Origin: Nanobdellota archaeon
GTDB taxonomy: Archaea > Nanobdellota > Nanobdellia > Pacearchaeales > GW2011-AR1
Length of the DNA stretch: 64,000 bases
Assembly: GCA_038045705.1 (NCBI GenBank)
Contig: JBBSXO010000003.1
Span: forward strand, 150,949 to 214,948
Direction of reading: 5' to 3'
The notes beneath the pieces were generated by a model. It ran no database searches, was not told where the DNA came from, and saw nothing but the letters and a program-made list of their open reading frames with translations. A program made the position numbers and the translations under genes. Positions within the stretch are counted from its first letter, which is position 1; every line of letters starts with the position of its first letter. Positions 1 to 8,629 of the stretch are shown in pieces.

Positions 1-2
1 AA

Positions 3-1979
3 GCAAAAAGATTCTTTGAAAGCTATAAGAAAGAAATATTTCAATCAATAAGAGGAGGAGGTCAAGTTGTAATTTTAGAATTCGATATGTTATCTAGATT
101 TTCTCCAATGCTTTCTGAAAAGCTCTTAGAAATTCCAGAAGAAATAACTGCACTATTAGAAATCTCATTGGATGAGACTGGTCTCATAAAAAATCCAAGA
201 ATCAGATTCAAAACACTTCCAGATTCGGTAAAAATAAAAATAAAAGAAATTCGTGCAAAACACCTAGATCAATTTATTGCAATTGAAGGAATAGTAAGAC
301 AAGCTTCAGATGTTAGACCACAAGTTGTAAACGCAAGATTCGAGTGTCCTACATGTGGTGCAATTTTATCAGTTCTTCAAATAGACAGAAAGTTTCGTGA
401 GCCTTCAAGATGTTCCTGTGGGAGAAAAGGTCTATTCAAATTATTATCAAAAGAAATGGTTGATGCTCAGCGTCTAGTGATTGAGGAATCTCCCGACTCA
501 CTAGATGGAGGTGAACAACCAAGAAGAATGAATGTTTTTCTGAAAGAAGACTTAGTAGATCCTAAAATGGAAGAGAGAACAACTCCAGGAAGCAAGGTAA
601 AAATAATTGGAGTTCTAAAAGAAGTCCCTGTTCCACTACCACAAGGCTCTATTTCAACAAGATTTGATTTAGCAATTGAAGCCAATAATGCAATCCCTTT
701 AGAAGAAACATTCGATGATTTAGAAGTTAATGAAAAAGATGAAGAAGAGATAAGGAAAATAGCATCGGATCCAAAAGCTTTTGAAAAGTTAGCATCAAGT
801 ATAGCTCCTAGTGTATATGGTTTCAAAGAAGTGAAAGAAGCAATTCTATTACAATTATTTTCAGGAGTAAAAAAGAAGCGTTCTGACGGGGGAAATACGA
901 GGGGAGATATTCATATTTTATTAGTAGGAGATCCAGGAGTAGCAAAATCAGTTACTTTAAAATTTGTATCAAGTATTGCTCCAAAGGGACGTTATGTTTC
1001 AGGTAAAGCTACAACTGGAGCTGGGTTGACTGCAAGTGTAATAAAAGATGAGTTTCTAAAGGGCTGGTCTTTAGAAGCAGGAGCAATGGTGTTAGCAAAT
1101 AAAGGTTTAATAGCCATTGATGAAATTGAAAAAATGGACGAACATGATCGTTCAACTATGCATGAAGCGATGGAACAACAAAGCGTAACAATATCTAAAG
1201 CTAATATTCAGGCAACATTAAGATCTGAAACATCTGTTCTAGCTGCAGGAAATCCAAAACTAGGAAGATTTGACCCAATAATTCCAATTCCTCAACAAAT
1301 TAACATTTCTCCAGCGCTTTTAAGCCGTTTTGACGTAATTTTTGTTTTGAGAGACTTGCCCAATAGAGTGCAAGATGAAGCAATCGCATCACATGTTTTA
1401 GAAGAACATAAGCAAGAAGTAGAGAGAGATGTAATTAATCCAAAAATGTTACGTAAATATATTGCATACGCTAGAAAAAAAGTAAAACCCAAGTTAACAG
1501 ATGAGGCAGCCGATGAAATAAAAGAATTCTATATATCCATACGTAATAAAGCAATCACTTCAAATTCAGAAGTAAAAGCAATCCCTATTACTGCAAGACA
1601 GTTAGAAGCAATAGTAAGATTATCAGAAGCATGTGCAAAAATTAGATTAAGCAATTACGTTGCTTTAGAAGATGCAAGAAGAGCCATAGCACTCTTAAAA
1701 TATTCAATGATGCAAGTAGGTTTTGACCAAGAAACCCAATCATTTGATATTGATAGAGTCACAACAGGAATACCCGCATCAAAGAGGAATAAAATTATAG
1801 TAGTTCGAGACACAATAGCAAAGTTAGAATCAAGTCTAGGAAAACTAATACCTACAATAGAATTAGAAAAAGAAATAGGGGAAAAACTATCAAAAGAAGA
1901 AATAGAAGATGCATTAAATCAACTTTCAAAATCAGGAGATATCTTTAAACCCAAAGCAGGTTATATTCAGAAACTTTAA
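3..1979 (+). CDS. mcm: MCM replicative helicase (5'-partial; frame open from the window edge)
   Basis: Zn finger CPTC..CSC, Walker A GDPGVAKS, Walker B IDEIEKM, arginine finger SRFD, C-terminal wHTH; no stop from nt 3 to the ATG at 87. Confidence 0.97.
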   Translation, partial: AKRFFESYKKEIFQSIRGGGQVVILEFDMLSRFSPMLSEKLLEIPEEITALLEISLDETGLIKNPRIRFKTLPDSVKIKIKEIRAKHLDQFIAIEGIVRQASDVRPQVVNARFECPTCGAILSVLQIDRKFREPSRCSCGRKGLFKLLSKEMVDAQRLVIEESPDSLDGGEQPRRMNVFLKEDLVDPKMEERTTPGSKVKIIGVLKEVPVPLPQGSISTRFDLAIEANNAIPLEETFDDLEVNEKDEEEIRKIASDPKAFEKLASSIAPSVYGFKEVKEAILLQLFSGVKKKRSDGGNTRGDIHILLVGDPGVAKSVTLKFVSSIAPKGRYVSGKATTGAGLTASVIKDEFLKGWSLEAGAMVLANKGLIAIDEIEKMDEHDRSTMHEAMEQQSVTISKANIQATLRSETSVLAAGNPKLGRFDPIIPIPQQINISPALLSRFDVIFVLRDLPNRVQDEAIASHVLEEHKQEVERDVINPKMLRKYIAYARKKVKPKLTDEAADEIKEFYISIRNKAITSNSEVKAIPITARQLEAIVRLSEACAKIRLSNYVALEDARRAIALLKYSMMQVGFDQETQSFDIDRVTTGIPASKRNKIIVVRDTIAKLESSLGKLIPTIELEKEIGEKLSKEEIEDALNQLSKSGDIFKPKAGYIQKL

Positions 1980-2060
1980 CAAAGCACATATTACTCATAA
2001 AAAGTAACCACAACTCAAAGAAACGAACATTTATATATTAGTTATACAATATAGTTATAC

Positions 2061-2291
2061 ATGGCAATTGAAGTAAAAACGAAAAAATGGGGAAATTCAA
2101 TAGGAATAATTATCCCTAGTGAAACAATAGATAAACTAAATATAAAACCAGAAGAAAGAATAATAATACAAATTGAAAGAAAGACAAACGTATTGAAAGA
2201 AATGTTTGGAAAGGCTAAATTCAAAAAATCTGCTAAAGAAATGATAGAAGAATTTAGAAGGGGAGCTGAAAGTAAATGGATGAGGAAATAA
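2061..2291 (+). CDS. AbrB/MazE-fold antitoxin
   Basis: KKWGNSIGIIIP swapped-hairpin motif; overlaps the downstream PIN gene. Confidence 0.88.
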   Translation: MAIEVKTKKWGNSIGIIIPSETIDKLNIKPEERIIIQIERKTNVLKEMFGKAKFKKSAKEMIEEFRRGAESKWMRK

Positions 2292-2650
2292 AGTTCCTCG
2301 ATACCTATGTATTAATAGAAATCTACTTAGGAAATGAGAAATTTACAAGTTACTCTAATAAAGATTTTATTATTAATGACTTGATTTTAGCAGAATTTTA
2401 TGGAGTTATGTTAAAAGATTATGGAAAAAGTGAGGCAGATATATGGTTTAACAAGTTAGAAGAGTATTCTGTTCCAGTAAATAAAGAAATCTTAAAAGAA
2501 GCAGTAAAATTCAGACAAGAGAATAAAAAGAAAGATTTATCATTCTTTGATGCAGTAGGATACATCTTTGCACTAAGGAATAACTACAAATTTGTTACAG
2601 GAGACAAAGAGTTTGAACATCTAATAAATGTAGAATTCAAGAAAAAATAG
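2276..2650 (+). CDS. vapC: PIN-domain (VapC-like) toxin
   Basis: FLDTYVLIE, LSFFDA, VTGDKEF acidic PIN motifs. Confidence 0.9.
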   Translation: MDEEIKFLDTYVLIEIYLGNEKFTSYSNKDFIINDLILAEFYGVMLKDYGKSEADIWFNKLEEYSVPVNKEILKEAVKFRQENKKKDLSFFDAVGYIFALRNNYKFVTGDKEFEHLINVEFKKK

Positions 2651-2654
2651 AGAG

Positions 2655-2903
2655 TTATAATCTAATATCTTCGCAACCATCAGGTCTAGGAAGACCATAT
2701 TCGCCAGCAGTATAAACTGCACATCCTCTTCTAAAAACTTCAATTGGGAGTCTCTCAATAGCTTTTGACATATCAACATCATATAATTTTCCCAATCTTT
2801 GTAACAATTCAGGATGCCACCAACATCTATTATGTCCTGTTAATTCAACCCACTCTCTTAATATTCTTTCAGTTTCTCTTGCCTTATCTTCAAGTTCATT
2901 CAT
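2655..2903 (-). CDS. hypothetical protein
   Basis: 82-aa ORF filling the gap, TATA-like element about 25 nt upstream. Confidence 0.6.
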   Translation of the reverse strand: MNELEDKARETERILREWVELTGHNRCWWHPELLQRLGKLYDVDMSKAIERLPIEVFRRGCAVYTAGEYGLPRPDGCEDIRL

Positions 2904-2985
2904 AAAAGTAATTTAAAAGAATTAGTTATAAGTTTTATTATTCAGAACAACAATAATTATAAACTAAACCTTGTAAAAAACAAAA

Positions 2986-3597
2986 ATGGCAGAAGAATTC
3001 AAGAGGCACACAGCATACAAACTAAAAATTGGAGATATATTAGTGGGAAACCAAATAACTGATGGAGAACGTTTAAAATTTATAGAAACAAACGGAAAAA
3101 ATGTAGCTAGAGTTAATTTAATAGCGAACGTAGTTGATAAATTCATCCAAGATGATGAAAAGAAATTTGCATCTATAACCTTAGATGATGCATCAGGTCA
3201 AATAAAACTAAAGACATTTGGTGAAGATATAGAAAAATTAAAAGCATTTGAACAAGGAGATACCATCTTAGCAATTGGAATGGTTAGAGAATGGAATAAA
3301 GAGATTTATGTAACTCCTGAAATAATAAAGAAAAAACAACCAGAGTATCTTCTTTTGAGAAAATTAGAAAATGATAAAATGAAACCTTCAGAAACAGATA
3401 GAAAAGAAATTACAGAACTAAAAGACAAATTGATCGTTATAATAAAACGTGAAGATCAAAATGGTGGAGCAGATATAAAGAAACTAACAGAAGAGTTACA
3501 ATCAAAACCAGAAACAATAAACCAGGAAATCCGCAAGTTGTTAGAAGAAGGTGCGATTTATGAACCTCGCCCTGGTAAGGTAAGATATCTGGGATAA
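2986..3597 (+). CDS. OB-fold ssDNA-binding protein, RPA32-like, with C-terminal winged helix
   Basis: RVNLIANVV..ITLDDASGQI OB fold; C-terminal LLEEGAIYEPRPG. Confidence 0.8.
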   Translation: MAEEFKRHTAYKLKIGDILVGNQITDGERLKFIETNGKNVARVNLIANVVDKFIQDDEKKFASITLDDASGQIKLKTFGEDIEKLKAFEQGDTILAIGMVREWNKEIYVTPEIIKKKQPEYLLLRKLENDKMKPSETDRKEITELKDKLIVIIKREDQNGGADIKKLTEELQSKPETINQEIRKLLEEGAIYEPRPGKVRYLG

Positions 3598-3598
3598 T

Positions 3599-4078
3599 AT
3601 GAATATTATTTCAGATAATGAAGATGCAAATCAATTTATAGAACAAGCAGTAAAAGTAGCTCTAAAAGCAACATGTCAAAGATCAAAATGCGGATCAGTA
3701 ATAGTCAAAGACAAGATTATAATTGGAGAAGGCTTTAACTCTCCACCAAACGGCTTAGAGTCACAAAGAAGATGCATAAATAATAAAGAGTCCTATCACA
3801 AAAAGATCACTGACAAAACATGTTGCATTCATGCAGAACAAAGAGCAATAATGGATGCACTAAAAAGAAATCCAACAAAAATAAGTGGTTCAAAGCTATA
3901 TTTCATAAGACTAAATGAAGAAAATAAAAAATCTTTTGCAGGTAATCCATATTGCACAATCTGTAGTAAAATGGCATTAGATGCAGGAATAAAAGAATTC
4001 ATTTTGATGCACGAAGATGGAATCAAAATATACAACACGGAAGAATACAATTCACTATCTTATAATTTCAAATGGTAA
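3599..4078 (+). CDS. dCMP/cytidine deaminase family protein
   Basis: HAEQ and CxxC (PYCTIC) zinc motifs; ATC..GSVIV..GFN. Confidence 0.85.
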   Translation: MNIISDNEDANQFIEQAVKVALKATCQRSKCGSVIVKDKIIIGEGFNSPPNGLESQRRCINNKESYHKKITDKTCCIHAEQRAIMDALKRNPTKISGSKLYFIRLNEENKKSFAGNPYCTICSKMALDAGIKEFILMHEDGIKIYNTEEYNSLSYNFKW

Positions 4079-4657
4079 TTATCTTCTAAACTTTCCCTTT
4101 ATCTTCGAAAGTGTAGAATCATGTTTCTTATTGAACCTAAGAGCCACCCAAATCAAAACAATCAACAAAACAAATAGTAAAAGGAATCTCCAACTATCTG
4201 TGAAGTTTCTCCAATTCTTAACAACACCATAAAATACAGACCAAATTCCAGAAGCCATTAAAGCGCTTCCGACAGGTTCAGTTGAAAGTAAAAATAACCC
4301 AGCTACAAAAACTAAAATACCTACCAATATAGCAATGATAAAAACTCTCTGTGAATGCTTATCAAGAGCATTTTCATAATCTATACTGCAACCATCACAA
4401 TATCCATCAATAGCACAGCCATTAGAGTCATATTCATAAACAAATTGTCCCTTAGACTCCCAACACTGCTCAGCCTTAGTTTGCAAATCAGGAAGATTAG
4501 AACATGAAGTAGGTTCTTTGATTCCTATAGGACCAGCATGATTCGTACAAAAATCATCCCATTGAGGAGTAGGATAAAAAGTCTCTAGACCCTGAAAAAG
4601 GGAAAGAGCAAACACAATAAATATACCCAATCCTAAAATAAACTTCTTGAATTTCAC
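4079..4657 (-). CDS. multi-pass membrane protein with Cys-rich external loop
   Basis: N-terminal TM, six-Cys loop, three C-terminal TMs. Confidence 0.75.
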   Translation of the reverse strand: MKFKKFILGLGIFIVFALSLFQGLETFYPTPQWDDFCTNHAGPIGIKEPTSCSNLPDLQTKAEQCWESKGQFVYEYDSNGCAIDGYCDGCSIDYENALDKHSQRVFIIAILVGILVFVAGLFLLSTEPVGSALMASGIWSVFYGVVKNWRNFTDSWRFLLLFVLLIVLIWVALRFNKKHDSTLSKIKGKFRR

Positions 4658-4678
4658 AAGATACTAAGATAAATCAAA

Positions 4679-4686
4679 TTTATAAA
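4679..4686. promoter_or_regulatory. palindromic TATA box (TTTATAAA) probably shared by two divergent leaderless genes
   Basis: 21 nt from the start at 4657(-) and 22 nt from the start at 4709(+). Confidence 0.55.
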
Positions 4687-4708
4687 CCTTCATAAGCCTT
4701 CAAATTAA

Positions 4709-5119
4709 ATGGAATCATATGAACAAATGTTAGAATCTGCATATAAAAAAATAAAAGTAGTTCAAACTTCAGGAGACAGATTTGAAATTCCTAAAGTCCA
4801 AGGAAAAGTCCAAGGTAAAAATACATTCATCACAAACATTAACGAAATAGCTTCTTATATAAGAAGACCTGTAGAGCATTTAGCAAAATTCCTTCAAAAA
4901 GAGCTTGCAGTTTCAGGATTATTAGAAAAAGACAGATTGATGCTAAAAACAATGTTAAATTCAACAAAAGTAAATGAAAAGGTAGAAGTTTATGTAAAAG
5001 AGTTTGTAACTTGTACTGAATGTAAGAAACCAGACACTGAAGTAATAACTGAAAAGGGTATAAAGTTCAAACACTGTTTGGCCTGTGGAGCTAAATCTCC
5101 AATCAGATATAATTTGTAA
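4709..5119 (+). CDS. eif2b: translation initiation factor aIF-2 beta subunit
   Basis: RFEIP, CTECKKPDT..CLACGA zinc ribbon. Confidence 0.95.
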   Translation: MESYEQMLESAYKKIKVVQTSGDRFEIPKVQGKVQGKNTFITNINEIASYIRRPVEHLAKFLQKELAVSGLLEKDRLMLKTMLNSTKVNEKVEVYVKEFVTCTECKKPDTEVITEKGIKFKHCLACGAKSPIRYNL

Positions 5120-5233
5120 ATGAAAATTGAAAAGAGAAGACATAGAAAACAAAGGATTTCAGATAATTTCTCTCAAATAACGCAGAAGAAACATTTAAAA
5201 CAGCCCTAAATTTATGAGATACGGAGGTTAAAC

Positions 5234-5407
5234 ATGGCTAAACCAAAACAGGAGTTCTATGATGTTAAGACTAAAAACAAATTTAGTACTGATAATTATA
5301 AGCTCGTAGAAAGAAGTGGAAGATTCTTTATTGTTGCAAAATCCCCTACTGGAACCCACGAATGCTGGAGAGTAGTAGGAAAAGATGCAGCAGCAAAGCT
5401 AAAATAA
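5234..5407 (+). CDS. small basic CC1-like chromatin/DNA-binding protein, 57 aa (not in ORF track)
   Basis: MAKPKQEFYDVKTKNKFSTDNYKLVERSGRFFIVAKSPTGTHECWRVVGKDAAAKLK; GGAGGT RBS at 5223-5228, TATA near 5194, downstream T-run; FYDxKxKxxFxTDxY..VAKSP pattern recalls CC1. Confidence 0.75.
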   Translation: MAKPKQEFYDVKTKNKFSTDNYKLVERSGRFFIVAKSPTGTHECWRVVGKDAAAKLK

Positions 5408-5449
5408 TCAAATAAATTTTAATTTTTTTATATTTTATAATTAATTAAC

Positions 5450-5746
5450 ATGTGGGTAAAAATCCATTCATCCACAAGAAAAGTAATCGCTATATGTGAT
5501 GAAGACTTATTAGGAAAGAAATTCGAACAAGGAATAAAACAATTAGATGTTAAAGAATCTTTCTTTAAAGGGGAAAAGATTCAAAAAGAAGACCTAATTC
5601 CATTAATGAAACATGAATTCAAAGAAGGTTCAACTTTTAACATTGTAGGAAAAGAATCAATTAAAACAGCTATAGAAGCTGGAATAATTGAAAAAAATAG
5701 TTCATTAAAAGTCAAGAATATACCTTTTATTTTAATAATCAACTGA
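5450..5746 (+). CDS. DUF424 family protein
   Basis: AICDEDLLGK..FFKGE..NIVG..AIEAGII. Confidence 0.88.
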   Translation: MWVKIHSSTRKVIAICDEDLLGKKFEQGIKQLDVKESFFKGEKIQKEDLIPLMKHEFKEGSTFNIVGKESIKTAIEAGIIEKNSSLKVKNIPFILIIN

Positions 5747-5838
5747 TTAGATAAATTTTAAACATGGAGCAGGTGACTACGAAGGTTCAAAAAATTCTGA
5801 CAGGAAGCTTTTAAAACCCTGTTCTTCCTAGAAAAAAT

Positions 5839-6219
5839 ATGCAAGAAGAAGAAGATAATGAGTTTGGAGATTTTGAAGAAATTCTAGATGACTCTCAAGA
5901 AGAGCAAGAAGAAACACCTGTAGAACAGGAAGGCTTCGTAAGAGCTCGCTGGCCAAAAAATGGTGAGATCATAGGAACCATAATTCAAAGATATGGTGGA
6001 AACAGGATGGAAGTTCTTACAACTGATGGAAAAACAAGAAATTGCAGAGTCCCAGGAAAATACAAAAGGCAATTATGGTTGAGACCAAAAGATATTATCT
6101 TGGTAAAGCTATGGGAATTTGATAAAGAAAAAGGAGATATAATATACAAATACAAACCCAATGAAGTCACCCAACTAAAGAAAAAGGGACTTCTAAACGC
6201 CCTAACAACAGAATTCTAA
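5839..6219 (+). CDS. eif1a: translation initiation factor aIF-1A
   Basis: GGNRMEV..DGKTRNCRVPGK..W..KGDIIYKY; acidic N-terminal extension. Confidence 0.95.
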   Translation: MQEEEDNEFGDFEEILDDSQEEQEETPVEQEGFVRARWPKNGEIIGTIIQRYGGNRMEVLTTDGKTRNCRVPGKYKRQLWLRPKDIILVKLWEFDKEKGDIIYKYKPNEVTQLKKKGLLNALTTEF

Positions 6220-6713
6220 TGATTCTAATAGAAATATCTAGGAGAAAAGAAGTTTTAAAAAACAAAGACAAACTAGAAAAAAAATTAAACTGTAAGATAC
6301 AAATAAAAGATAAAACTCTTTCAATAGATACAGATCCATTCAATGAATATGAAGCTCAAAGAGTTTTTGACGCAATAAATTTAGGGTTTTCTGTAGAAAA
6401 AGCGCTAAAAGTTCTAGATGAAGAGACAGGTTTCATAAAGATAAACGTAAAAGATTACGCAAATACAAAAAATTTAGAAGTTGTAAGAGGCAGATTAATA
6501 GGAACTCATGGTAAAACAAAAAAAACAATTGAAGAAATAACAAAATCCAACATTTCAATTCATGATAATAATGTAGGGATAATTGGTCCAGCAGAAGTAA
6601 CTGAAATGGCACTCACTGCAGTAACAAACATAATCAAAGGAACAAAACAGGCAAATGCCTATAAATATCTAGAAAAAATAAACACTCAAAAAAAGAAAAT
6701 AAAAATTAAATAA
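6219..6713 (+). CDS. KH-domain rRNA processing protein (Dim2/Pno1-like)
   Basis: RGRLIGTHGKTKKTIEEIT GxxG KH motif; follows aIF-1A. Confidence 0.88.
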   Translation: MILIEISRRKEVLKNKDKLEKKLNCKIQIKDKTLSIDTDPFNEYEAQRVFDAINLGFSVEKALKVLDEETGFIKINVKDYANTKNLEVVRGRLIGTHGKTKKTIEEITKSNISIHDNNVGIIGPAEVTEMALTAVTNIIKGTKQANAYKYLEKINTQKKKIKIK

Positions 6714-6729
6714 AATTAAAGCTCAGATG

Positions 6730-6807
6730 TTATCTGCGTTTAGCTTTACTTCTGGAAGATTTCTTCGCAGAAGATCTGCTTGCAGATTTCTTAGCCTTTT
6801 TCTTCAT
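6730..6807 (-). CDS. 25-aa Lys/Arg/Ser/Ala-rich basic peptide (not in ORF track)
   Basis: MKKKAKKSASRSSAKKSSRSKAKRR*; GAGGT upstream (6821-6825, minus strand); GC-richer than flanks. Confidence 0.55.
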   Translation of the reverse strand: MKKKAKKSASRSSAKKSSRSKAKRR

Positions 6808-6963
6808 CACTAGATCATATACCTCTTTCACAAGAAAAAGCACAACTTATATTTAAAAGTATGCCAAATTTTTTGAAAAAAATAATTTTTATTTTTTAGA
6901 CAAAATATTTACCGTCGAGAAAAAATTTAATAAATTTTTATAAGAGTTCTTAAAAAAATAAAA

Positions 6964-8034
6964 TCAAGCAACTTCTGCTACAACAAGATCAACAAAAAGA
7001 TTTTCTCTACCTTGACCAACAGTTACTGGATGCCAAGGCATTCTTTCATAGCGATCAACTATATTAGCACCATCAATTTTTTTTACAGCATCCTTTAAAG
7101 AATAAACTCTTCTCTTTTCAGGAAGACAACTCATAGTAGTCTTACCTACTTTAAAATCATACTGAAATGGCATACATTGTCCTAAAACAACTGTACCCTC
7201 CTTCTTAACAACCCTACTAATCTCAGCTAAAACCTAGTCAGGATCGCGAACTCTATCTAAAGCATTAAACATCAAGACTAAATCGAAAAATTTATCTCTC
7301 AAAGGAACATTGTGAGCATCTGCAATTGCATAAAATGTAGAAGAGTATTGATCATGTTCCATAGCAGCACGAACCATTCCATAAGAATAATCAAATCCAA
7401 CAGATCTTTCAAAATTTCCTTCTCTAACTAACTGCTGAAGATTAGCACCATTACCCATGGCAAGTTCTACAATATTTCCTTTCTTTGGAAGAACTTTTCT
7501 TACTTTAAGTGGCAACTCAAAGTTTCCAGCATAATCTCTCATAGATTCTAATTCAGCCTCATATCGAGCTTGGTGTAAAGCTCCAGTTAATTGACCTAAG
7601 AAGTGATCATCACTATTATTTTTGCATTTCTGAACGATTTTATTAAACAGACTGGAAACAAGCTTAACTCCTTGAGCAGTTATTCTTCTATCAGACTCAT
7701 AACATTCATTAGGAAGTCCACTTTCAATAATCTTTCTAATATGAGATAGAATTCCTCTACTCATTCCAAAAGTAGCGTTAAGAAGAAAAGAATTTAAATC
7801 ATCAGCGCTAATTCCAATAGATAATCCATCTAAATTTACATCTAATCCTTTTTTTGCAATTCTTTTAAAGGGGGCTGAAGATGAATTTCTTGTCTGCAAG
7901 GGCAAAAGATTAGTAATTCCATTTGTTGGAGAATATTCCTGATCTCGACAAAAATAAGTGCCTGAAGAGTTGCCTGAAAAAGGATTTTTACAATCAGGAC
8001 ATGCTAAAATTTCAAGAGCAGAATCAGATTTCAT
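6964..8034 (-). pseudogene. Trm112-like zinc ribbon + class I SAM methyltransferase interrupted by one in-frame TAG (7234-7236)
   Basis: LACPDC N-terminus; VELAMGNG motif I; ..DRVRDPD*VLAEISRVVKKEGTVVLG.. runs in frame into ORF 6964-7173. Confidence 0.75.
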
Positions 8035-8133
8035 AACTACTTTATTTTTAATTAGTTTAAAAGAATTTCTATATTTTCAGTTAAAAGTCAATTAAAAAAC
8101 ATTTAAATAACATAAAATGGCTCTTAATTTCAA

Positions 8134-8231
8134 GTCCCGGTAGCTCAGCAGGTACGAGCGCGCGGCTGTTACAAGTTCGTAAAGATCTTGAAGAAACCGT
8201 GAGGTCGGAGGTTCGAGCCCTCCCCGGGACG
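8134..8231 (+). tRNA. tRNA-Asn(GTT) with 24-nt intron at 37/38 (8172-8195)
   Basis: acceptor GTCCCGG/CCGGGAC, D stem GCTC/GAGC, anticodon stem CGCGG/CCGTG, T arm GGAGG-TTCGAGC-CCTCC; relaxed bulge-helix-bulge. Confidence 0.93.
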
Positions 8232-8284
8232 TACCATTTTAAGGATACAACAAATATATTTTAATTAGATAACTGTAAAAATAA

Positions 8285-8599
8285 GTGAAAGAAAAAAGAA
8301 CATATGCTGATAGAAGAAAATATATGATTCAAGCAGTAACAAAAAGAAGAAAATTAATGCGTTTGAAAGCAATTGAACACGCAGGAGGGAAATGTATTCG
8401 CTGTGGCTACAACAAATATCCAGAAGTCCTAGAATTTCATCATCGAAACCCTGCTGAAAAATTATTTAATATATCTCTAAAAGGACATTGTAGAAGTTGG
8501 GAAAGAATAAAAGCAGAAATAGAAAAATGTAATTTGGTCTGTGCAAATTGCCATAGAGAGACCCATGTTGAAGAAAAATTAAAGAAAGTCATATCTTAA
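8285..8599 (+). CDS. free-standing HNH endonuclease
   Basis: GGKCIRCG..LEFHH..KCNLVCANCHRETH; basic N-terminal helix. Confidence 0.88.
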   Translation: MKEKRTYADRRKYMIQAVTKRRKLMRLKAIEHAGGKCIRCGYNKYPEVLEFHHRNPAEKLFNISLKGHCRSWERIKAEIEKCNLVCANCHRETHVEEKLKKVIS

Positions 8600-8629
8600 A
8601 AGGCATTTATCTGAATAATTACTATAAAT

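Noticed and set aside
3-1979. Intein in MCM
   Set aside because: Walker A/B spacing and total length are normal; no insertion.
5120-5209. 29-codon basic ORF directly after aIF-2beta
   Set aside because: It overlaps the promoter of the CC1-like gene and has no recognisable motif; at most a gene remnant.
5747-5815. GC-richer intergenic stretch ending in CTGA; possible C/D box sRNA
   Set aside because: No convincing C box (RTGATGA) or terminal stem; cannot be supported by eye.
6860-6962. AT-rich inverted repeats such as AAAAATTTA-A-TAAATTTTT; possible origin or cruciform
   Set aside because: Low complexity and expected by chance; no ORB-like repeats or adjacent cdc6/orc1.
7234-7236. Genome-wide TAG reassignment or pyrrolysine
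   Set aside because: TAG ends several full-length genes at their expected ends (vapC 2650, gatE, gatD, dys); only one internal TAG was seen and no pyl genes are in the window.
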